Of a stretch of DNA of 64,000 bases, positions 48,866 to 59,767 are shown piece by piece. Origin of the DNA: Chloroflexota bacterium (lineage in GTDB: Bacteria; Chloroflexota; UBA11872; VXOZ01); contig OZ242329.1 in NCBI GenBank assembly GCA_965208315.1, forward strand, positions 3,136,500 to 3,200,499, given 5' to 3'. A program made the translations under genes and the position numbers. The notes under the pieces are model-generated. The model was given only the letters and a program-made list of their open reading frames with translations, did not search any database and was not told the origin of the DNA. Position 1 is the first letter of the stretch, and each line of letters opens with the position of its first letter.

Positions 48866-49027
48866 GCGTTACCTTTACGCATTGCGGCGCGCGAACCCGG
48901 GAGCGCGGGTGTCTCGCCCGCAGGCTACCATGACGCGAGCCACTGTCGAACTTGCGCATCTACCCCTTGGGGCACTTGGGCTTCTCAGCGCTGTGTGAAA
49001 CGCTGGCGCTGCATTGCAGCACTCACG

Positions 49028-49570
49028 TTAACTCTCTCGTTCATACCCATCGTTCCCATTCGTCACCCGAGCATACGCGCTGCTAAACCGCCAGTCCACG
49101 TTGCGCTGGCAGAGGCCGGCCTTCACAGGATTGGCTTCTATGTAGGCAATGGCTGCGGTGAAATGCCGCTCATTACGGATAAAGCGGTCAAAGTAATCCT
49201 GGCTCCAAAATGGCGCGGAGCAGCCGAAACGCTTGACCGCTTGATGGGCCGTAAATGACTTCCAGCTATGTATGATCGTGGAAACGGCATGCCCGGCTAA
49301 TGGCGCAAAGAGCACGTGAACGTGTGTCGGCATCACAACCCACGCGTGCAAATGGTAGCGCGTGTTGGCGAAATAGAGCAAGGCATCTTCTACCATCGCT
49401 GCAAGCTGTGGGTTGCGTAGAGGCGTATCTTTGGTTTCTTGATCAAGGTACGCTTCAAGCCGGCGGCGCAAGGCGCTCTTTTTTTGCGTTTCGCCAAGAT
49501 AGTTGAGTTCTTGGTTCCATCTAGCGAGTACAGTTGACGGTAATGTTCCGGCAAGCCGGAAAGTTACCAT
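49028..49570 (-). mobile_element. REP-associated tyrosine transposase (RAYT) / IS200-IS605 TnpA-like Y1 transposase gene
   Basis: HUH motif VMPTHVHVLF, catalytic Tyr region, 180 aa. No tnpB is present. The genome is rich in REP-like hairpins. Confidence 0.7.
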
Positions 49571-49753
49571 CTGCGGGATCGCTCCTCCGTCGAAGTGTGG
49601 CAGATAGCCGCGAAAGTGCCAACCGCGTGGCTCAAGGGTGGCAGACGGCAGTGATGCGGATGCGGGCGGGACGCCCGCGTTCCCAGCCGTTTCCTCTCTT
49701 TTATCTTAATCGCAGGTAGCTCCCACCGGCATCCGGGAGTCCATTCCCAGATA

Positions 49754-51859
49754 CTACACGCCCAACTCGTGTGCCAGCCTTGCGGACGTCAAGGCATCTT
49801 CGCGGTAGCGCAGTGCCTGGGGCGCGTTGTACGCGCGGTAGGCAGCGGTCGTACGCCCACACGCCGCCAGCAGCGTTGCCATGCTGATCGGCTCCCGTTG
49901 GTGGTTGTGGGGCGTCCAGATCACGAGGTGGCGCGGGGCGACGAGCGCCGCTACGTCACAAATGTCGAACTCTTGCAGCACGCCAAAGAGGAACCAAGAC
50001 GCATCGTACGCGTAGTATTCGTTCTCCACCAGCCAGCGGTACGAAGCCAGACATTCGTGAGCGATAACTCCCGTCGCGCGCTGGTCCAGCGCGGCGGCAA
50101 ACAGCGCGAGCAGGGCGCCGCCTCCGCATCCTCCGAGCACGACGCTCTTGGCAGTGGTGGCTGGGATGGCCGCCAGCGCGTCCATGCCGCGCATGATGTC
50201 CTGCACGCGCATTCCCAACAGGGGACGAGCCTGCAAGAAGCCCATATAGGCTACTTTGTGGCTGATGTGCCCGTTGTCGCTCGTAGCAGGATTATCCGTG
50301 ATTGGGAAGCCTGTTTCTCCTATACCTCTCGGGTCCAGCGCCAAGGACGTAATGCCGCGCACCGCCAAGGCATCGAGCAACACTCCGGTGCTCTCCGAGT
50401 CCTTGCCCGCCTCGTCTATCCAGAGCAGCACCGTGTCTTCCTGGGCGCCGACCGGGGTGCGCAGGACGCAAGGGATGAGGATGCCGGGCTCCGATTCGAA
50501 GACGACGCGCTCGCGCTGCATGCGTTCACTGGAATCGAGAGGGACACGGGTGAGATCCAAGTCGCCAGACAACGAAGAAGCGGAGAGCACACGGCGCACG
50601 CGCTCGCGCACGACCTGTTGGTACTTCGCGGCCTCGCTCTCGCTGCCGACTTCGGGCAGCGCCGGGTTCATGTCTGCCAGGAGCCTGCGGTTGAGCGTGA
50701 ATACGGTCTCGCTGCCCAATTCGTAGACGTTGCCCGTTTCCGTGCACCAGAGCGTCTCATCCGGCTCTAGCGTGATCTCCGTCTCGCCGCTGCCTTCCTC
50801 TTCTTTGTCGAATAAGCGGTTGAACCACGCGTATGCGGCTTGGCGCATGGGGAGATGGTACCCATGGTTCTGCTCCGCCACGGCCAGCGTGAGGTGGTCG
50901 GGAACGTCCAGGACCGTGTAAACACGTTTCGCGCTCTCGACGGTTTTACGCGCACCCGCTAGCGGAAAGTAGTCGCCGGTGGCAGCGCCTACACAGAGGG
51001 GGCGCGGCGCCACCAACGTCAGGTACTCCGCATGGTCGAGGCCCACGGCCAGTTGCCCGAAGAGATTCTGCTCGGCGTCTTGGGGACCAACGCTATCCAG
51101 GAGCGCGGGAAACCCGGCAATGTAGCAGGTGGGCATGGCCGCCGTCACCCGGTCGTCGAAAGGCACGTAGTAGGCGGTGTTCGTGCCGCCGCCGGATACG
51201 CCGGTGCAGCCGATGCGGGCCGGATCGACGTCATCCCGCGAGAGGAGATAGTCCAGGGCGCGAATGCTATCCCAGATCATGTATTGCGCGAGATTAATCC
51301 CCAGGAGCAAACACTGGGCGCCCATGTTGCTGTGCTCGCGGGTGGACGCGGTGAAAGCCGAATCCTTCTTGACCGGGTCCCAGTACTGCCAGCGCTCGCC
51401 TTGGCCGAGCGGATCGTACGCCAGCACGAGGTAGCCTTTCTCGGCAAAGCCGGCCGGCGTGCGCTGGTAGCTGTCCCACGCTTTGCCGTTCCGGCTGTGG
51501 CCGAGCGGGAAGAGGATGCCCGGATAGGGTGGGGCGTGCCGTTTGGGTACGTAGACGAGTGCGGTCACATAGAAGCGGGGACGGCTCTCGAAGACTATTT
51601 TGTAGATGGTGTAACGTTCTCGTTCCAGCTTGCCTACCGCGCGCGTATTGAGCGGTGTCCTCTCCGGGAACGGCCCGATGGCCTGCTCAAAGTTGGACAT
51701 CAATTGAGCCCGGCGCAGTTCCCATTGTTCTTGGGTCTTCACGGCTGCACGTGACTTCTCAGCATGATCGAACAGCATGTGGGCTTGCTGGATCAAATAG
51801 GTGTGGAGCATGTCCGCGGGGATTGTGTCGGCGGCGTACGGTGCGGTGGATATTGCCAT
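49754..51859 (-). CDS. duplicated alpha/beta-hydrolase protein (acetyl-xylan-esterase / dienelactone-hydrolase-like)
   Basis: GxSxG nucleophile elbow GVSGGG in the first half. The second half has GGCGGG. 701 aa. Confidence 0.55.
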   Translation of the reverse strand: MAISTAPYAADTIPADMLHTYLIQQAHMLFDHAEKSRAAVKTQEQWELRRAQLMSNFEQAIGPFPERTPLNTRAVGKLERERYTIYKIVFESRPRFYVTALVYVPKRHAPPYPGILFPLGHSRNGKAWDSYQRTPAGFAEKGYLVLAYDPLGQGERWQYWDPVKKDSAFTASTREHSNMGAQCLLLGINLAQYMIWDSIRALDYLLSRDDVDPARIGCTGVSGGGTNTAYYVPFDDRVTAAMPTCYIAGFPALLDSVGPQDAEQNLFGQLAVGLDHAEYLTLVAPRPLCVGAATGDYFPLAGARKTVESAKRVYTVLDVPDHLTLAVAEQNHGYHLPMRQAAYAWFNRLFDKEEEGSGETEITLEPDETLWCTETGNVYELGSETVFTLNRRLLADMNPALPEVGSESEAAKYQQVVRERVRRVLSASSLSGDLDLTRVPLDSSERMQRERVVFESEPGILIPCVLRTPVGAQEDTVLLWIDEAGKDSESTGVLLDALAVRGITSLALDPRGIGETGFPITDNPATSDNGHISHKVAYMGFLQARPLLGMRVQDIMRGMDALAAIPATTAKSVVLGGCGGGALLALFAAALDQRATGVIAHECLASYRWLVENEYYAYDASWFLFGVLQEFDICDVAALVAPRHLVIWTPHNHQREPISMATLLAACGRTTAAYRAYNAPQALRYREDALTSARLAHELGV

Positions 51860-51981
51860 CGGGGGATCATCCCTTCTTGTGGTACACGCGAGACTCTCTC
51901 CTCAAAACGAGTATAGGTGCTGCCTTCTTGCGCCGTCAATTGACATGCGCGACCTACAAAAAAGCGCAGATGTCAATAGAT

Positions 51982-52689
51982 CTAGCGCTGGCGGAAGATC
52001 TGCTCCAGCTCCATGCCCGTGACATTCCGAATGCCGACGACGGTGTAGATGATGGCTATGGTGAGGATGATGATGGCCGGCACGGATATCACGGGAAAAC
52101 TCAGGGCCGTCATCTTGCCTAACTCTTCGTTGAAGGCAACGGTTCCGGGCTGACTAACCACGACAAGACGTGCCAGCACGTAGTTCAAGAGGGCAGAGAG
52201 GAAGAATGAACCTGCCACGATGAACGTGGCGTTCACCAGTCGTTTTTCATAGGCCGGCCGCGTGCGGCGTGCGTCGAGTGCGGCGTTCACCGCGGCGCTG
52301 TCGATGACTTGGTTCAAGAGGATGGAGAGCAGCGAAAACCGGGTCTTCAGCGAGCCGAGCACCGCTATGCCGATGACCAGCGGCACGGCTCCCTCCTTGA
52401 CGGCTATCCACCTGGGATCGAGCTTGAGCAACCCGATGCCGCCCGTGAGCAGGATGCCGACGATGCCGACAATTGGGAGAAAGTTGAGCGTGCGCCGCTG
52501 CGAATAGTCGAAGATGCCGTATGCCAAAGGGAACGCCAGCGCGACCAGAAGACCGTACATCGGCCCTAACCACTCGTCGCTGCTGAAACGCATCAGGATG
52601 ATTACCGGGATGACGATGTTCAGGAGAATGCTGAGCAGTGGGTTTTCGCGTTTTGGGCGGGAGTCGCTTTGAGCGGATTCGTTCATCAA
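51982..52689 (-). CDS. hypothetical multi-pass membrane protein
   Basis: 235 aa, about six TM helices. Family not recognised. Confidence 0.4.
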   Translation of the reverse strand: MMNESAQSDSRPKRENPLLSILLNIVIPVIILMRFSSDEWLGPMYGLLVALAFPLAYGIFDYSQRRTLNFLPIVGIVGILLTGGIGLLKLDPRWIAVKEGAVPLVIGIAVLGSLKTRFSLLSILLNQVIDSAAVNAALDARRTRPAYEKRLVNATFIVAGSFFLSALLNYVLARLVVVSQPGTVAFNEELGKMTALSFPVISVPAIIILTIAIIYTVVGIRNVTGMELEQIFRQR

Positions 52690-53165
52690 GGATTGGCCTT
52701 ACGTTGCATAGTTGCGGTCCGTATATATGATAGTACATTGTGGTGCCAAGAGACGGGAGTAAGCCAAATGCTGTCACATTAACCATTGCGGCGGGGAACA
52801 TGGCGCCCTTCGACAAACTCACAGTGTCCCGCATCCCGGTAGCGCAGGCCCTTTGGCAGGCTCAGGACAGGTTTGTAACCCCGTATCGAGTACGGGGCAG
52901 GCTCTGCGCTTGCTGGAGGATCAAGCCTCGTATACCTTCTCTCTCATGCGGCAATGTCGGACAATGTGCCTGGCACTGCTTGCTCAGGCGAGGGACAAGC
53001 CCCCGCGCTACGGTTCGTTAGAGAGGCTCGATCTTGCACGGCAAGAATGCAGCAATCGAGTTCAGGCGCTTTCTTGCGCTCATTTGGCGTTTGACGGCAA
53101 GATATGAGTGTGGACGCCCAGGTAAGGTATCAACTTAGTGAAGCCCGAGGAGTGACGATTCACCG

Positions 53166-54140
53166 ATGGTGCGCCAACTGGCTAGAACTACGCTCAAGAC
53201 CGGGGAACGGATGCAGTGCCTGCTGGTCAAAGAACCGGAGGAGAGCTGGGCGGAAGACGTGCAGCGCTTGCTCGTGCATAAGCGCGACCACGTGCAGTGG
53301 CATATTGCCCGCTCCATCGCGGGACCGCTCGATGCGCTGGAGACGCGTTTCTACCTGGGTGTGGTCGGCGGGGAAGCGGTCGGCAACATCATGACGGTGG
53401 AACACGGCGGCATCGGCATCCTCGGCCATGTCTTTACGCATCCCGATCACCGGCGTAAGGGCATCGCGAGCCGCATCATGGCCAGTCAAATGCAGGACTT
53501 TCAGGAGCGGGACGGACGGGTGCTCACTCTTGGCACCGGTTTTGATTCGCCGCCCTACTGGATCTATCACAGCTTTGGCTTTCGGAGCATCGTCGCAGGC
53601 AGCGGCGCCATGTGGTATTGGAAGCAGCCGGAACAGGCGGCAGAACTCTGGCGCGCCCCACCCACCGGCGTTGCGGCTCCGCTGTGGCAGCATTGGCCGC
53701 TGGTCAACCTGCTATGCACGCAGCCGGCTGGCGACCGCCTGCGACACGCCGCGCGCCGCCTGTGGGGCCCGCGCAATTTCGAAGGCGACTTCACGCGGTA
53801 CAAACGCGATCTCGAAGCGGAAAACTCATCCATCGTGGCGCGCGTGTTGGAAAACGAGGCAGGACTGGTCGTAGGCTGGGCGAGCCTGGAGGACGATCCG
53901 CTTTGGGGCGGGGCGGCGGCCTTGCTCGACGTTTTGATGCATCCGACGGCGTGGCACGCGGCGGGAGACTTGCTAACCGCCCTGCCGCTACCGGCAAAAC
54001 CAATCTTCGCTTACGCCGATCAGGACTCGCCCAAGAATGAACTATTGGATGCGCACGGCTTCACCCAAGTAGCCTCCTGGCCTGATTGGCTTCCCGTGGA
54101 TGGCGAAAGGCACGGCGTCAATTGCTGGCTGCGGCGGTAA
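53166..54140 (+). CDS. GNAT-family acetyltransferase (two-domain)
   Basis: HPDHRRKGIASRIMASQMQDF acetyl-CoA motif. 324 aa. Confidence 0.6.
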   Translation: MVRQLARTTLKTGERMQCLLVKEPEESWAEDVQRLLVHKRDHVQWHIARSIAGPLDALETRFYLGVVGGEAVGNIMTVEHGGIGILGHVFTHPDHRRKGIASRIMASQMQDFQERDGRVLTLGTGFDSPPYWIYHSFGFRSIVAGSGAMWYWKQPEQAAELWRAPPTGVAAPLWQHWPLVNLLCTQPAGDRLRHAARRLWGPRNFEGDFTRYKRDLEAENSSIVARVLENEAGLVVGWASLEDDPLWGGAAALLDVLMHPTAWHAAGDLLTALPLPAKPIFAYADQDSPKNELLDAHGFTQVASWPDWLPVDGERHGVNCWLRR

Positions 54141-54538
54141 ATTGCCCTCGAGCGCAAGAGCCGGCAATGCCTCCGCTTTCCTTGGATAGATTCACACCTC
54201 TCCTTGTCGGGCTCCACGGTATCGTTCAGAGTAGGGGCACGATATATCGTGCCCCTGCCGCGCAATCAGCCGTCGAAGTGCATCCGTCACTACCGTGCAA
54301 GTGGGAGTCCAGCTTCTCTCATCATACTGCGCGTGCTTCAGAGGAGAGTGTTGCCTGGACACCATCCGGAGCGGGGACAAGCCTCCGCGCTACAATCCTT
54401 TACCCTACCAAGGCAAGCTCCACTGTCTTGGGTGATTGACTGGATATGCTATCATAATTATTGATGGGCAAGAAAACAGGCAGAACGGGTATGCGTTTGT
54501 GACAAGCGACAATGGCAAGACCATAAAGGGAGCCTACA

Positions 54539-55816
54539 ATGCTTACACGACGTGCCTTGATAGCGAGCACAGCGGCGCTGGCGGCCGGGTGTAGCTCTCT
54601 TGAATCGGCATTCTCCGTGCCGAACCAGCCTCGAACAATCGATCTGACGTGGATTTCGGAGGCGTATGGAGGATTCCGCGAACGGGGACTCGGGCCGAAT
54701 GGTCTTGAAGAAACGCTCAAACATATAGTGGCAGCGCTGGAGGAGGACATCGAGAATCCGAATGGACCTGCAAAGGCACGCTATACCCTGACATCACGCT
54801 TCGTGCGCTCGGAAAATGCGGATCCCCCGCTGCAGAGTATTGATGATGTTATCGCCTGGTACGGAGGCTTGGAGGCCGACCTCCTGTCTGTGCCGCCCTT
54901 TCTTGCCCAATTGCTAGGGGAGCGAGGCGTGATCTTGTCTTTAGACCAGCTAGTCTCAGCAGATGGGTCCGAGTTCACTGACGCCATATACCCCTACCTT
55001 CTCGATCACTTTCGGTCCGATGGCGGGCTCTTTGCTCTGCCGGTAGATGCGGGCCCAACGATGATTCACTACAACCCAAGAGTCTTGTCCCAGGATGACG
55101 TGAGCAGGATAAATGAGGGTTGGCACTGGGATGACATGGTGGAAATTGCCGAGAAACTGACCGAACGCGATGAAAACGGAGAGGTGCAGCGCTGGGGACT
55201 GATCACACAGCATCAAGGATACTGGTGGGCGCTGTGGCAGAACGAAGCGGAGCTGGCCGACCCAATTACGAATCAGTGTCGGCTTCTGGAGCCGGCGGCC
55301 ATTGAAGCGCTGCAATTTTGCCACGACTTGATACACACGCATCAGGTCTCACCGCCTGTGACGAGTTTCGACGCTTGGAGCGCCTTCCAGAGCGGGTCTT
55401 GGCCGCCGATGTTCTTTTCGTCCGTGCAAGGCAATTGGAGTTCGGATAACCGCTGGGCGGCCCTGCCACGGGGCAAGCAGCACAGCGTGCCGGTGATTGG
55501 AAACATGGGTATCGCCATCACCGATAGGGCCCAGAACACGGAGGCAGCGTTTACGGCGCTCAAGGGTCTGGTTGGTGTCATGCAGCGTTTTGTGGAAGTG
55601 CCGGCGCAGAAGGAAGCAATCACCCGGCTGGGCGATTTTCGCAAGACTTTGCTTCCCGCTGAGATTGCGGCTTTCCAGCACTCGATGGAACACGGACGGG
55701 CGATACCCTTTAGCCGAGCCATGTGGACTGCTATGCGCGCGCTAGAGGAGGGCATCGTGCGGGGTGACGACGTTCTTACTGCGGTGAACGACGCCTGTTC
55801 CTCGCTGCAAGCGTAA
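54539..55816 (+). CDS. family-1 solute-binding lipoprotein, paralog A (orphan, Tat-like signal + lipobox)
   Basis: MLTRRALIASTAALAAGCSS. FALPVDAGPTMIHYNP, WGL...WWALWQN. Confidence 0.65.
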   Translation: MLTRRALIASTAALAAGCSSLESAFSVPNQPRTIDLTWISEAYGGFRERGLGPNGLEETLKHIVAALEEDIENPNGPAKARYTLTSRFVRSENADPPLQSIDDVIAWYGGLEADLLSVPPFLAQLLGERGVILSLDQLVSADGSEFTDAIYPYLLDHFRSDGGLFALPVDAGPTMIHYNPRVLSQDDVSRINEGWHWDDMVEIAEKLTERDENGEVQRWGLITQHQGYWWALWQNEAELADPITNQCRLLEPAAIEALQFCHDLIHTHQVSPPVTSFDAWSAFQSGSWPPMFFSSVQGNWSSDNRWAALPRGKQHSVPVIGNMGIAITDRAQNTEAAFTALKGLVGVMQRFVEVPAQKEAITRLGDFRKTLLPAEIAAFQHSMEHGRAIPFSRAMWTAMRALEEGIVRGDDVLTAVNDACSSLQA

Positions 55817-55847
55817 AGCTGACCGCAGATATGAAAGGATCAGTGCC

Positions 55848-57134
55848 ATGCTTACACGACGCGCCTTGCTAGCGAGCACAGCAGCGCTGGCGGCCGGTTG
55901 CGGGCCGCTCAGATCATCTTCGGATCTGCCCAGTGGGCCGGAGGCCGCCGCGCTCACGTGGTACACCTTTTCGTTTAGCGGCCTATTTGTCCCAAATGGC
56001 TCATTTGAACAGCCGCAAGAGAGGCTGCCAAAGATTGTAGCCGCGATGGGGGAGGATGTAGAAAATCCCAACGGCCCCGTGCGCGGAAATTACTCCTTGT
56101 CGCCGCGTGTCATAGGCCGCGACGACTATCCGGATCCGCCGCCCAGGAACCAAGACGAATTTGCGGAGTGGATCGGCGGCATCAATACGGACCTCCTGTC
56201 TATCAGTCCCAGTATGGCGGAATCCTTGGGGAGGCGGGGCGTGATATTGCCCTTAGAGCGCTTCATCGCCGCTGATGATCAGGACCTTGCGGATACGTTT
56301 TACCCTTATGTGCTCGATCAATTTCGAGGAGAGGGTGGGCTTTTCGCTCTGCCAATAGACGCGGATCCGCTTCTGCTCAATTACAACCCGGCTCACTTTG
56401 CGGCGCAGGGGATTCCATCGCCGGACGAGAGCTGGGACTGGGACGACCTGATAGCAAACGCGGTAAAGCTGACCCAGCGGGACGACGACGGGAACGTGAC
56501 GCGTTGGGGGCTCGTCCCGCATTTTCATGGATTGTGGTGGGCGCTATGGCAGAACGAGGCGGAAGTGCTTGGTCCGGTGACTGGGCAGTGCCGGCTGCAA
56601 GAGCCGGCCGCCACCGCAGCCCTACAATTCTGCCATGACCTGTTCCACACCCATCGCGTCGCGCCACCGGTGGCCGGGAGAGAGTTGTGGGATATCTATA
56701 GCTTGCCGCCGGATGTATTTCCAGCCATGTTCTTTAGTCAAGTCACTCGGGCGCATAGATACGAGTACCGTTTGGCAGAATTGCCCCAGGGCAAAGTGCG
56801 CAGCGTGCCGGTCTCTGCCGACATGGGCCTCGCCATTCATGCCCGTTCTGGACAAACCGACGCAGCATATACGGCACTTAAGGGTCTTTTGCAAACGATG
56901 CAACGCTTCGTTGCCGTGCCAGCACAGATAGAGGCCGTCGCGCGGCTGGGAGAGATACGGCCAAGTCTCCTCCCAGAAGAAGTGGCGGCTATTCAGCGGT
57001 CCATGGAGCATGGACGCGCGCTCACGTGGGGCGATGGGGCAGGGCATGCCATGCAGCACGTGGTCGACGGCCTCGCGCGCGGTGATGAAGTGGCTACCGT
57101 GGTGAACGAGGCCTGCGCCATAGTGGAAGAGTAG
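55848..57134 (+). CDS. family-1 solute-binding lipoprotein, paralog B
   Basis: MLTRRALLASTAALAAGCGP. FALPIDADPLLLNYNP. Highly similar to paralog C. Confidence 0.65.
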   Translation: MLTRRALLASTAALAAGCGPLRSSSDLPSGPEAAALTWYTFSFSGLFVPNGSFEQPQERLPKIVAAMGEDVENPNGPVRGNYSLSPRVIGRDDYPDPPPRNQDEFAEWIGGINTDLLSISPSMAESLGRRGVILPLERFIAADDQDLADTFYPYVLDQFRGEGGLFALPIDADPLLLNYNPAHFAAQGIPSPDESWDWDDLIANAVKLTQRDDDGNVTRWGLVPHFHGLWWALWQNEAEVLGPVTGQCRLQEPAATAALQFCHDLFHTHRVAPPVAGRELWDIYSLPPDVFPAMFFSQVTRAHRYEYRLAELPQGKVRSVPVSADMGLAIHARSGQTDAAYTALKGLLQTMQRFVAVPAQIEAVARLGEIRPSLLPEEVAAIQRSMEHGRALTWGDGAGHAMQHVVDGLARGDEVATVVNEACAIVEE

Positions 57135-57348
57135 CGGTACCAGACAGGCCACGATCACGCAAGCGGGAGGCAAATTCTCCCTCTCCCGCTGGGAGAGGGT
57201 TGGGGTGAGGATGAACGTCCGTTGCGATGGTGTTAGGAAACAAGGCCATGCGTGTGCGCGGTCGTTTCTCTCACGTAACGGAACATCTAGGACGAAATTC
57301 GCATCCCGTTGTTTGAAGACCAAAGACGGCACCGAAAGGAGCAGTGCT

Positions 57349-58638
57349 ATGCTTACACGACGCGCCTTGCTAGCGAGCACAGCAGCGCTGGCGGCCGGCT
57401 GCGGGCCGTTCAGGTCTTCATCAGATCTGCCCAGCCAACCGGAGGTGGCCGCGCTCATATGGCGTACGTTTTCGTTTAGCGGTCTTTACTACCAGCCAAG
57501 CTTGACCTTCGAAGAGCCGCAAGAGAAATTGCTGAGAATTGTTGCCACGCTGGAGGAAGACGTAGACAACCCCAACGGTCCTGCAACCGGTCGTTACACG
57601 CTAGCGCCCGGGCTCATCGGCCAAGGAGACTATCCTGACCCTCCGCCCAAGGACGACGATGAGTTTGCCGAATGGATCGACAGCATCGAAACTGACCTCT
57701 TGTCTATCAGTCCCGATATGGCGGAAACCCTAGGGAAGCGGGGCGTCATACTGCCGTTGGAGCGGTTCATCGCAGCCGACGACCAGGACCTCACGGAGAC
57801 GTTCTACCCCTATGTGCTCGATCAATTTCGCGGTGAAGGCGGTCTCTATGCGCTGCCCATAGACGCGAATCCGCTGCTACTCTACTACGACCCCGCCTAT
57901 CTCAGACTTCGAGGTGTTTCTCCACCAGACGAAACGTGGACCTGGGACGACCTAGCAGCCAATGCGCTGGTACTGACCAGGCGCGACGAGGAAGGGCAGG
58001 TGACGCGGTGGGGTCTCATGCCCCACTTTCGCGGGCTCTGGTGGGCGCTGTGGCAGAACGGGGCAGAGGTGAATGACCCGGTGACCGGCCGGTGCCGTTT
58101 GCAGGACCCGGCCGCCACGGAAGCCCTGCAATTCTTTCACGACCTGCTGCATATCCACCAGGTCGCGCCGCCGGTGGGTGGGAGAGAGACCTGGGAGTTT
58201 TACGGCGGGATGGACGATACGGTGCCGGCGATGTTCATTAGTACAGTCAATCATGAACCAAGGTTTGACTACCGCTTGGCAGAGCTGCCGCGCGGCAAGG
58301 TGCGCAGCGTGCCGGTTTCCGCCCACATGGGTCTTGCCATCCACGCGCGCTCGGGGCAGACCGATGCGGCGTACACGGCTTTGAAGGGTCTGTTGCAGAC
58401 GATGCAACGCTTTGTGGGCGTGCCTGCGCAGAGAGAGATGGTAGCGCGGCTGCCAGAGATTTGGCCAACACTGGGGCCCGCGCAATTGACGGCTCTGCAA
58501 CAGTCAATGGAATTCGGACGGGCAGCGCCCTGGGACGACCGCGCGTGGCAGGTCATGCAACATATCGTGGACGGCCTCGCGGGCGGCGATGAAGTGGCGA
58601 CCGTGGTGAACGATGCATGCGCAGTGCTGGAGGAATAG
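57349..58638 (+). CDS. family-1 solute-binding lipoprotein, paralog C
   Basis: MLTRRALLASTAALAAGCGP. YALPIDANPLLLYYDP. AAAGGA RBS. Confidence 0.65.
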   Translation: MLTRRALLASTAALAAGCGPFRSSSDLPSQPEVAALIWRTFSFSGLYYQPSLTFEEPQEKLLRIVATLEEDVDNPNGPATGRYTLAPGLIGQGDYPDPPPKDDDEFAEWIDSIETDLLSISPDMAETLGKRGVILPLERFIAADDQDLTETFYPYVLDQFRGEGGLYALPIDANPLLLYYDPAYLRLRGVSPPDETWTWDDLAANALVLTRRDEEGQVTRWGLMPHFRGLWWALWQNGAEVNDPVTGRCRLQDPAATEALQFFHDLLHIHQVAPPVGGRETWEFYGGMDDTVPAMFISTVNHEPRFDYRLAELPRGKVRSVPVSAHMGLAIHARSGQTDAAYTALKGLLQTMQRFVGVPAQREMVARLPEIWPTLGPAQLTALQQSMEFGRAAPWDDRAWQVMQHIVDGLAGGDEVATVVNDACAVLEE

Positions 58639-58855
58639 CAGTAACCTGAGAGGATATCTGGAAAGAGTATCCGTTCGGCCTGAGCTTGTCGAAGGATGAA
58701 CGGATACTGTCTTTGCGAACGGATTATTGTTTCCGTACGCGTTGCGCTTGCTTCTCTTGGGCCGACAAAAGAGGCCCCAGTCTGAACGGCGCTTGGCTGA
58801 GCGCTTACGAGACACTCTTGAGAACCGAGCGCAACCTTGCGCTGCGGAGCAGTGG

Positions 58856-59767
58856 TTATCGCCTGCGGTACAGTACGCGACTGGCGTTAGACGGCCTATC
58901 CGGTATGCCTAACTCGTCATCCAGCAGCGGTTCGACTGCTCTGCATTCACTCGCGTTGGGGTCCAGAGGCGCAAGCGGCGACCCCTGCCGCAGAAAGTCT
59001 CCCGGCAGCCACGTGGTGCCTTCCGCATCCCACGACCACAGCATCGTGGTTCCCGCCGCCGAGCTATGGCGCACGAAGGGCGTGGTCAAAAGTCCCGCGA
59101 ACGTCAGGTGGACGCCGTCCCAGCGTGAGGCAACGCGGCTCCAGTCCGGTGACAGCGAACCGGCTCCCGCCGGGCTATTGCGATCTTTATTGACGCTGGG
59201 AAACGAGACACACAACTTGTGCCAGTCGGCTGGGCTTGCACCCTCGAGCACACGGGCAGTCGGTTCGATCTCGGCTGCGAATCTGTCGTACTCTTCCGGA
59301 TTCAGCCAGTCTCCGGTGCCCAATACCGTATCAACGCACGAGAATTCTCCCCTGAGCGTGGAGGTGATCCGCCATGACAGCGGCCGTTGCGCGTATGCTT
59401 CCCAATGGGCAATCGTCTCCGGCGACAATTGGCGTGATGAGGCGCGTTCCATCTCATTTTTACTTATGAAGACTTGCCGGCTGCAATCAATAGGGGCAGT
59501 CCACCAGCGGCTTGCCGGATGGTCCGCCACTGCGCGCGCCAAGCTCTTCAGGCTTGAGCCATGTGAGAGGGCGGCCGTTACGGCCTGTTCGAAGTGGCCC
59601 GACCAGGGATTGAGCGCGTCCAAGGCGACGACGGCGCGCGCGAAGGCGTGCCGGGGCGTGACGGCCTGCGCGATGGGAACCTGATCCCGCGCGACCGTCA
59701 GCAGAAAGGCACAGCCCACCGGGCAGCGCAGCAGCCGGGCGGCTGAATCATCGGTGTTGGGCTCCAT
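58856..59767 (-). CDS. hypothetical protein (weak call)
   Basis: 303-aa ORF with no recognisable motifs. It overlaps an equally long antisense ORF, which is common in GC-rich DNA. Coding status is uncertain. Confidence 0.3.
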   Translation of the reverse strand: MEPNTDDSAARLLRCPVGCAFLLTVARDQVPIAQAVTPRHAFARAVVALDALNPWSGHFEQAVTAALSHGSSLKSLARAVADHPASRWWTAPIDCSRQVFISKNEMERASSRQLSPETIAHWEAYAQRPLSWRITSTLRGEFSCVDTVLGTGDWLNPEEYDRFAAEIEPTARVLEGASPADWHKLCVSFPSVNKDRNSPAGAGSLSPDWSRVASRWDGVHLTFAGLLTTPFVRHSSAAGTTMLWSWDAEGTTWLPGDFLRQGSPLAPLDPNASECRAVEPLLDDELGIPDRPSNASRVLYRRR

